Below, in pieces: positions 56,938 through 64,000 of a stretch of DNA of 64,000 nt. The notes below the pieces were generated by a model. The model searched no databases and was not told where the DNA came from. It was given only the letters and a program-made list of their open reading frames with translations. Position 1 is the stretch's first letter; the number at the start of each line of letters is the position of its first letter. Origin of the DNA: a virus. Where the stretch lies: positions 1-64,000 of the IMG/VR virus record IMGVR_UViG_3300037520_001276. The stretch is one strand, 5' to 3'. Position numbers and translations under genes: made by a program.

Positions 56938-58134
56938 TTATAAATATACATCTTTACGATTTATCCAATTATTATTTGTATCATAAACCCAATAAACCCA
57001 CCTATATGGGTTTGAAGTTGATTTGAAACTTACATTTAATTTTTCTTGGTTGTGGTTTAAATCTACCCTATATATTAAATCTCCATTTATATCTTCAAAA
57101 CCGATGTAAATAAATTTAAAATCTTTTGCTTTTGGTATGTTTAATTCAAATTCATAAGTTTGTTCCTCAATTAAAAACCATTCGGAATAATCATTGATTG
57201 GTGGGTTAATTCCTTTTAAAGTTTTGGGGTGTAGTTTTCTATTTTTAAAATTTATTCCGGCATAATCCTCATATTGTTTATGGGTTCTAACGTTACCTAA
57301 ACCATATTCTTCTAAATCTATATTATTATCTTCTTCCTGTAACATGTGTCTTAATCTTTTTTTTGACTCATCATCCATTTCCCACCATTGTTTTTCAACG
57401 ACACCTTTTGTTTTATTTTCTTGATTAAAATCTGTCCAATGTTTTGTTCTACCTTCTCTTGTGTATTCATGCCATACAACAGTTTTATGTGGATGATATA
57501 AATCATAACCTAAAGTATATGACCTTATTGATAAGCTAATCTCATCCCCTGCAAAGTATATATTTGGGTCGTATTTGTACTCTTCACAATGTTTTCCTAT
57601 TGTAAAAAAGAAATGACCACTAACAAATCTTGCAGGTATTGGTTTATCTAAAGTTTCCCAATTTTGTATTGCATGGGGTCTAAACATTATGGTACCACCT
57701 TCTGTGAAGTTTGTTGCAACCATTTTATACGGTTCAACATTTAATAATTGGTTATCGTTTGGTCTATACATACCAGCATATGATGTAATTATCGGTTTTT
57801 CTGAATCGACCATATTCATCATATTAATTAATTCTTCGTCCCAATTTTCAATAAACCTGTGATGCGAATCTAATTGAAGTGTGTATTCTTCTCCTCTCCA
57901 AAGTTTTTGTATTTCAGAACGTGCCCAACAAAGTCCTTTACTTTCCGACCAATGATATTCTAAAACTCTAAACCTATTATCAAATGTAAATTCCTCTAAT
58001 GATTCTGTTTCGTCACGTTGCCAACATATACCAAAAGTTAAATTTTCAGGATGTTTTGCCTTAGTTATACAATCTCTGATAGTCGGTAAAAGTTCGGGAT
58101 CCCTATATGACGCGATTTGAACAAATATTTTCAT
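56938..58134 (-). CDS. GT60/Gnt1-like polypeptide GlcNAc-transferase
   Basis: IFVQIASYRDPEL, SKGLCWAR, LQLDSHHRF, YFAGDEI, YTLGYDLYHP, WHEY. Confidence 0.82.
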   Translation of the reverse strand: MKIFVQIASYRDPELLPTIRDCITKAKHPENLTFGICWQRDETESLEEFTFDNRFRVLEYHWSESKGLCWARSEIQKLWRGEEYTLQLDSHHRFIENWDEELINMMNMVDSEKPIITSYAGMYRPNDNQLLNVEPYKMVATNFTEGGTIMFRPHAIQNWETLDKPIPARFVSGHFFFTIGKHCEEYKYDPNIYFAGDEISLSIRSYTLGYDLYHPHKTVVWHEYTREGRTKHWTDFNQENKTKGVVEKQWWEMDDESKKRLRHMLQEEDNNIDLEEYGLGNVRTHKQYEDYAGINFKNRKLHPKTLKGINPPINDYSEWFLIEEQTYEFELNIPKAKDFKFIYIGFEDINGDLIYRVDLNHNQEKLNVSFKSTSNPYRWVYWVYDTNNNWINRKDVYL

Positions 58135-58170
58135 AAATAAAAGTTATGAAAATATAAAAATAAATGAATA

Positions 58171-58398
58171 TTATTGTTTGTTATTTGATCTTATTTCGGT
58201 ACTTCTAATACCATTTTTAAAAACGACATAGTTTATTTCATCTAAAGTGTATTCAAAATCAAATTTCAATTCTTCTATTTTAGTGTAACATTCTTCAATA
58301 GTGTTTCCGTCAAAAACGTAGTTTCTTGTTAAAGTAATATCTGAAGTTTCAAATAAACTTAAAATTTCTATATCATTATATATTAATCTCCAAATCAT
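58171..58398 (-). CDS. Hypothetical protein
   Basis: Start moved to MIWRL to avoid overlap. Confidence 0.6.
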   Translation of the reverse strand: MIWRLIYNDIEILSLFETSDITLTRNYVFDGNTIEECYTKIEELKFDFEYTLDEINYVVFKNGIRSTEIRSNNKQ

Positions 58399-58400
58399 AT

Positions 58401-60236
58401 TTAATAAGTAATTGTCCAATTTTGAGGTGATCCTGTTAAAAACGCAACCGCGGCTAAACCATCAAACCCACCACTAGAATTGTCAGGGTTGGCGTTAGAT
58501 CCACCAATATTTAAATCTATACTATCCCAACCTGTTAAGTTATATGTTGCATTACCACTAAAATCAACAAGAATTTGATTAACCTCAGATGCCGTCATTC
58601 CGTTATTTTGTAACCTTATTCTTGAGTTTGTTGAAAATGTTGATCCTGATAATGGTTTAAAATCAACATAGTTAAGACCATTACCGTACAATGTTAATGC
58701 GGAATCGTTTTCTGAGACACCACCGTTATTAAAAGTATTTATTGTAACCGGAAATAAAACATCGGTTAATCCTGTATTACTAAAAATTTGTATCGATCCT
58801 GATAAACCAGAAAGTGGTGTCAAGTCATGAGTACCTGTAAGATTACAATTATACGCTAAATAATATGAAAACGTGTTTGCGGAAGATGATGGTCCGTGTA
58901 ATATTTGATTTAAATTTGTATTGTTATTACATGCAAAAGACCCACCTAATCCTGTTATTTTTGATAAATCAAGGGTACCTGTTAGATTACAGTTGTCAAC
59001 TAAAAATTGATTTGTAACACTTGCAACATTTTGATTATAGGTACATGCACTACTAAAAGTTATACCTGTTAAATTTGGGTTTAAGGATATATCAAATCTA
59101 CCACCTAATCTACCTGTAAATCCACTTAAATTTAAATTACCTGTTAAATCACACTCACTTAAAAGTATTGATCTGAAATTTTTTGTTGTTGAAGTAAAAA
59201 ATACGGATGTTAATCCTGTGTTGAATCTTAAATCAATTTCACCAACACTAGAAGAACCACCAAAGTTTGGAAAAATTGATAAATCTAAGGTACCTTGTAA
59301 GTTGCAACCCGCAAAGTCAAAATTTGTAATTCCGTTTGATATACAAGAATTTGTAGGGCTTGAAAATATTGCGGCTTGTGTTGGTAAAGTAATACCGGTC
59401 AAATTTGGATTGGTTCTAAAACTAATATTAACAGGAAACCCTGACAACATGGATAAATTTAAATTTCCTGTTATATTATTATTTTGACCAAATAATTGTG
59501 GTGATCCGACGGAAGCCACTCTAGCACCAACATTAGGAAACGTAACTCCAGTTAAAAAAAAGTTACTAGATATATCAAAACTATAGGTTGTGACATTCAT
59601 TCTATTATTCATACAAGAAAAATCTAAATCACCTATTAATCTATTATTACTAAAATCAATATTTCTTGGAGATCCTGCAATATAGAGACTTGGTAAAGTT
59701 ATAGATGATAATGATAGGTTATCTAATACGTCAATATCTCTCACTCTATTAAACATTGAAATATCTAAATCTTTTAATCCTGTTGATTGTAACCCATACG
59801 AAACCGACAAATTATACAAAGAATTTGTTATTCCCTTCCAATTTTGTGGGTTTGTCACCCCTGTTAAACTATTTGTTCCAACAATACTGAATTGGGCCTC
59901 AATTTTATTCCATTTTGAAAAATCAAGATTTCCAATTAAACCTGGACCTGCCTGTATGCTTGTTCGACCTATTTCTCCTGTGTTGAAAGTTTTTATTTGG
60001 GCTATTTTTTCTCCTGCAGTTAATCCTGTAATAATGTAGGGTCTTGTTGTTCCTGTACCACCGGCACTTCTAGTGACTCCACTGTACGATGTAGGATACC
60101 CACTAATACCAACTAACGCCCTCTTTATTGTCCCATCATCGGCAAAATAATGAGTAAAATTAAATGTTGTGCCGGTAAACCTTATATTAAATATATCCTG
60201 AGATTTGTTTGTAGAAAAAAATGCTGCTCCTTTCAT
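58401..60236 (-). CDS. Leucine-rich-repeat (beta-solenoid) putative receptor-binding protein
   Basis: Repeated CNLTGxLDLS / NPNLTGITF units. Confidence 0.75.
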   Translation of the reverse strand: MKGAAFFSTNKSQDIFNIRFTGTTFNFTHYFADDGTIKRALVGISGYPTSYSGVTRSAGGTGTTRPYIITGLTAGEKIAQIKTFNTGEIGRTSIQAGPGLIGNLDFSKWNKIEAQFSIVGTNSLTGVTNPQNWKGITNSLYNLSVSYGLQSTGLKDLDISMFNRVRDIDVLDNLSLSSITLPSLYIAGSPRNIDFSNNRLIGDLDFSCMNNRMNVTTYSFDISSNFFLTGVTFPNVGARVASVGSPQLFGQNNNITGNLNLSMLSGFPVNISFRTNPNLTGITLPTQAAIFSSPTNSCISNGITNFDFAGCNLQGTLDLSIFPNFGGSSSVGEIDLRFNTGLTSVFFTSTTKNFRSILLSECDLTGNLNLSGFTGRLGGRFDISLNPNLTGITFSSACTYNQNVASVTNQFLVDNCNLTGTLDLSKITGLGGSFACNNNTNLNQILHGPSSSANTFSYYLAYNCNLTGTHDLTPLSGLSGSIQIFSNTGLTDVLFPVTINTFNNGGVSENDSALTLYGNGLNYVDFKPLSGSTFSTNSRIRLQNNGMTASEVNQILVDFSGNATYNLTGWDSIDLNIGGSNANPDNSSGGFDGLAAVAFLTGSPQNWTITY

Positions 60237-60239
60237 TTT

Positions 60240-62249
60240 TTAATTATAATCATTACCTACCGTCCAATAAAGAATATTACCATCATATACACATGATAAT
60301 ATATCAACAGCGTTAGGATTACTGGTTAAATAAATCAATCCTCCTCCTCCACTTGATACTTTGTGTCTTCCTGAACCTGAAGTTCCGTTTATTGTTCCTA
60401 ACGTGATGGTCCTACTACCAACACTATCTTGAGTTAAAATAATTGTAGCATACTCACCATTTCTTATATTAGATACATTAAGTGTTGTTGTTGTTGCAGT
60501 TAAAGTTGCGGTATAATTGTTACTAACGCCAGAAACGTCCCAATTAATAGTAGATGCGGTTCCAGGATTAAAAAATGGTGGTACAGGTAAGTTTAAATAT
60601 GTTGTTGCTGATATTGTTGTTGCCGTAAAATTACCATAAACAGTAACACCTGAATTGGCAGCAAATAGTAAATTTGATCTGTTCGTTGAACTTAACCCAT
60701 TTCCTATTATAAACGCCCCTTGTGTGGTGTCTCCGGTTGAATTCCATTGTCCTATCGCCATTTGGTAATCACCTCTTGAGTATGTACCTAACCCTTCTGC
60801 GTGTGAATAGTTACCAAATGCCGTTGTTCCACTTCCTTCTGCATGTGAACCTGTTCCTGAAGCGGTAGTATTTCTTCCTTCAGCATGAGAATTAGCACCA
60901 GACGCAAGTGTAATATGTCCTTCTGAATGTGCATATGATGTTGTTGCTGATGTTTGAAACCCTTCGGCGTGTGAACCCGTTCCTGACGCCCTAGTACCAC
61001 TACCTTCTGAATGTGCGTATGATGTTGTTGCTGATGTTTGAAACCCTTCACTATGAGAACCGACTCCTGATGCTCTTGTAGTAACCCCTTCAGAGTGAGA
61101 TGCGATTCCTGTTGCCGTAGTTCCACTACCCTCAGCATGTGATGCGATACTAAGTGTGAAAGTGTTACTACCTTCTGCATGTGACGCAATACCATTTGCT
61201 ATTGTATATTCTCCCTCGGCATGTGCGTGTGTGTTTGAGGCCGTAGTCTCATAACCCTCAGCGTGTGACGCTTGTCCTGATGATAATGTTCGTATACCTT
61301 CTGAATGAGCATATAATGTTGTTGCCGATGTTTGAAACCCTTCGGCGTGTGTATAACTATTTTGTGTAAATGTAAGATTACCCTCTGCGTGTGACCAATT
61401 GCCGGAAGCAATTGTTTGACTACCCTCTGCGTGTGAACCAGAACCTGATGCTGTTGTTTGGGTCCCTTCCGCATGTGAACCACCACCACTTGCAGTTGTT
61501 GTATCACCTTCAGCATGTGATGCAGCACCTGACGCAAGTGTTAATTGTCCCTCAGAATGAGCATAAGTTGTTGTTGCTGATGTTTGGAATCCTTCAGTAT
61601 GTGAAGCACCTCCTGACGCCAACGTACTTTCTCCTTCCGCATGTGAACCATAACCTGATGCGAGTGTAAGTTGTCCTTCTGCGTGTGAATAATCTGTAGT
61701 TGCGGATGTTTGAAAACCAAAAGAAATAGATGATTGATCCGAAACTGTAGAACCGGTTGATCTTATTGAGTCATATATTGTTATTGGTGAACATCCGTGA
61801 ATATTCGTGACATATAAATCAACTATACAATTTCCTGATCCTCCCGTGAATGTTGTTCCTGAAGCGGTAATTCCTGTAACTTGGAATGTGTTATTTTGAT
61901 TATTTGTAAAAGTTAAAGTATCTATTAAAAACGTCCCTCCTGTTACAAAAGTGTCTCCTGTAATTTGTACACCATTAACAAATAAAGTACTAGCAGATAT
62001 TGTATTCGCAGTTAAACCATTTGTGAAGTTAGTTGCCCCACTTACAGTACCCCCACTTAATGGTAAGTAGTCACCTGAAACCGATCCTCCACTAAAAATA
62101 CTAGAAAGTTGTTGTAATTCGGCCTTATAAGACGATCCCGCAATATTTTGTGACGGATCACCTGTATAAACAATATGTATGAGTGTCGTCGGCGTTATTG
62201 CCGATGATTGTGCTAATGTTCTGTCAGTTAATAATTGATATGTTGGCAT
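60240..62249 (-). CDS. Tail fibre with YadA-head-like 14-aa SHAEG repeats
   Basis: More than 20 tandem xSHAEGxxTxASGx units. Confidence 0.85.
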   Translation of the reverse strand: MPTYQLLTDRTLAQSSAITPTTLIHIVYTGDPSQNIAGSSYKAELQQLSSIFSGGSVSGDYLPLSGGTVSGATNFTNGLTANTISASTLFVNGVQITGDTFVTGGTFLIDTLTFTNNQNNTFQVTGITASGTTFTGGSGNCIVDLYVTNIHGCSPITIYDSIRSTGSTVSDQSSISFGFQTSATTDYSHAEGQLTLASGYGSHAEGESTLASGGASHTEGFQTSATTTYAHSEGQLTLASGAASHAEGDTTTASGGGSHAEGTQTTASGSGSHAEGSQTIASGNWSHAEGNLTFTQNSYTHAEGFQTSATTLYAHSEGIRTLSSGQASHAEGYETTASNTHAHAEGEYTIANGIASHAEGSNTFTLSIASHAEGSGTTATGIASHSEGVTTRASGVGSHSEGFQTSATTSYAHSEGSGTRASGTGSHAEGFQTSATTSYAHSEGHITLASGANSHAEGRNTTASGTGSHAEGSGTTAFGNYSHAEGLGTYSRGDYQMAIGQWNSTGDTTQGAFIIGNGLSSTNRSNLLFAANSGVTVYGNFTATTISATTYLNLPVPPFFNPGTASTINWDVSGVSNNYTATLTATTTTLNVSNIRNGEYATIILTQDSVGSRTITLGTINGTSGSGRHKVSSGGGGLIYLTSNPNAVDILSCVYDGNILYWTVGNDYN

Positions 62250-62270
62250 ACTTTATTTTATAAATATTGA

Positions 62271-62558
62271 TTATTGAAAATAATATCCGACACCATCCAT
62301 GAAATCAAAATATATTTCGTCTTGGAATGCTTTTTGACCAACACAATTAAGTATTGTTGAGTAAATACATCCGTTTGTATCGACTATTCTTAAATAAAGA
62401 AAATTTTCATTTGGAAAATAATTTTCCGTATTTATTTCGACTGTTGCCGGTATATATGTTAATCCCGATATATAAAAACACCCTGTATTTGTTGGGTCAC
62501 ATAAAAATATATCATATGGTTCAAGACCTCCAGTGTCTCCTGTAATTTGTACTAACAT
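62271..62558 (-). CDS. Small putative fibre adaptor (paralogue 2)
   Basis: Shared pattern; C-terminus KAFQDEIYFDFMDGVGYYFQ. Confidence 0.7.
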   Translation of the reverse strand: MLVQITGDTGGLEPYDIFLCDPTNTGCFYISGLTYIPATVEINTENYFPNENFLYLRIVDTNGCIYSTILNCVGQKAFQDEIYFDFMDGVGYYFQ

Positions 62559-62573
62559 ACATATAAATAGTTT

Positions 62574-62861
62574 CTATTCAAAAACCAAAAAGTCTCCCCC
62601 TTCGGTTGTCATCATATCACCTAATTCGGTTAGGATTATGAATGTTTCTAAATCACAAGATATTATCTGAAAATAAATACAACCCGTACTATCAACAGAT
62701 TTTATCATTAAAGTAGTTGCCGTCTGTAATAATGTTGGTAATATATAGATACCCGGTGTTGTCCCTAATAAAGAACAATTATTACCATATTGGTCACAAG
62801 CATAGAAACTAATCGGTGCGGTACCACCTGAAACACCTGTTATGTCTATTGAATAAGCCAT
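62574..62861 (-). CDS. Small putative fibre adaptor (paralogue 3)
   Basis: Shared pattern; C-terminus LTELGDMMTTEGGDFLVFE. Confidence 0.7.
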   Translation of the reverse strand: MAYSIDITGVSGGTAPISFYACDQYGNNCSLLGTTPGIYILPTLLQTATTLMIKSVDSTGCIYFQIISCDLETFIILTELGDMMTTEGGDFLVFE

Positions 62862-64000
62862 TATACCGGTCCTCCGTCATATATATCCCAACTTTTAGTT
62901 GTTGTTAAATAGTTTCTTGCAGCAGTTGCCGTTGCCCCACTATATTTTGAATTTCCAAATTCTGCGACAACTCCATTTTGTAAAGACGCACCATATGATG
63001 ACCAACCTATTAGTAAATCATTATAACTATCCGTGGTAAATGCGACTACCGTAGGGCTACCATCATTATCTTTTAGGAATTCCGATAACCCCGGAAAACT
63101 AGTAATATCAGTAACATCCCAACTTCCTATGTTATTAACTTCAGTTGCTCCACTAAAGGCGTTATAAAATAATTTTAAAGAAGTTCTACCATTTAGATTT
63201 GGTGTGTCGATAACATTATCAAATTTTAAATTATAACAACCTCTAAATTCATCGTTAGGTCTTGGTCGGTATCCACCCCACTCGTCGATTGATATAAATT
63301 TCAATCTGTCTGAACCTCTATCATATGGAGAAGTTCCTGGGTATCCGACTTGAAATTCCCAACTAGGTATTAATCCATTATCCGGAAAAATACTAATTTG
63401 ATAAATTCCTGGTGTAGGGTAGGTATGAAGACTGCTGGTTCCCACTAAAGGACTTGTAGTACCATCCCCCCAATGAATACTTCCGTTAGAGAAAGACTGC
63501 CCAGGTGATGAAAAAGGTAATCTTATAACGTATGGTCCCGATGATGTAATCATTTGGTCTCCAGTTATAGGGTCAATATATGAACCATAAACAATTCTAG
63601 TATCTACAGTAAATCTAAATGCAGGTATCGGTGTTGGAGTCGGTGTTGGAGTCGGTGTTGGAGTTGGTGTTGGTGTTGGAGTCGGAGCAACCGGATAAGT
63701 GTATATAAATGTATTTGAGTAATCACTTACACCAGCACCGTTACATGTTTGTTTTATTCTAAAATAAACAGTACTTGTTGTTGCTGTTGTTGCTGTTGTT
63801 GGTATTGTTCTATACAAAGAACAAGCACCGGTATTTGAGTTCCATGTTGCCCCACTATTTGTTGAGTACTCAACTGTTGTTGCTAGACAAGGTCCGCAAG
63901 GTAAGTTAAAATAAATACCAAATAATCCTGTCGTATTTATTGGACCTGCACTTGATATTGTTGGTGTACAACATACTACGGTTGGTGTTGACGCTGTTGA
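62861..64000 (-). CDS. 5'-truncated structural protein: PT linker, PKD-like and BspA/DUF285-like domains
   Basis: Frame stays open from 63817 to the window end; IHWGDG..HTY, NIGSWDV, YNDLLIGWS. Confidence 0.75.
   Translation of the reverse strand, partial: STASTPTVVCCTPTISSAGPINTTGLFGIYFNLPCGPCLATTVEYSTNSGATWNSNTGACSLYRTIPTTATTATTSTVYFRIKQTCNGAGVSDYSNTFIYTYPVAPTPTPTPTPTPTPTPTPTPIPAFRFTVDTRIVYGSYIDPITGDQMITSSGPYVIRLPFSSPGQSFSNGSIHWGDGTTSPLVGTSSLHTYPTPGIYQISIFPDNGLIPSWEFQVGYPGTSPYDRGSDRLKFISIDEWGGYRPRPNDEFRGCYNLKFDNVIDTPNLNGRTSLKLFYNAFSGATEVNNIGSWDVTDITSFPGLSEFLKDNDGSPTVVAFTTDSYNDLLIGWSSYGASLQNGVVAEFGNSKYSGATATAARNYLTTTKSWDIYDGGPV

Noticed and set aside
53702-62249. Diversity-generating retroelement acting on fibres
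   Set aside because: Shared sequence is N-terminal and coding in both copies, no adenine-specific mismatch pattern was noticed, and no reverse transcriptase is in the window
1-64000. Stop-codon reassignment as in some large Bacteroidetes phages
   Set aside because: Genes are full length under code 11, and TAG and TGA both end genes at sensible positions

Overview
An AT-rich, gene-dense segment, almost all on the minus strand, of what is most likely a large (jumbo-type) lytic phage of a Bacteroidetes host. Host evidence: recurrent TAnnTTTG promoters, a Bacteroidetes-type RpoD-like sigma factor and an Hc1-like histone protein. The standard genetic code fits. Left to right: a tRNA cluster (Thr, Gln, Ser, Pro) behind a short leader ORF and terminator; a block of putative virion-cargo genes sharing an N-terminal leader and a TATTTAT promoter-like motif (annexin-like/membrane proteins, acidic proteins, cell-wall hydrolases, DHH phosphoesterase); tRNA-Arg; an ~820-nt GOLLD-like RNA; three DNA methyltransferase or R-M genes; DnaJ, glutaredoxin and sigma factor; a recombination/replication block (SbcCD-like, exonuclease, primase, RuvC-like); and a tail/fibre block containing a GT60-like protein glycosyltransferase next to Pro-Thr repeat proteins. 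Best candidates for new biology: (1) a translation-sensing attenuator controlling phage tRNAs, (2) a shared capsid-targeting leader on many unrelated cargo proteins, (3) mucin-like O-glycosylation of tail proteins. All family assignments come from motif recognition by eye; no searches were run.
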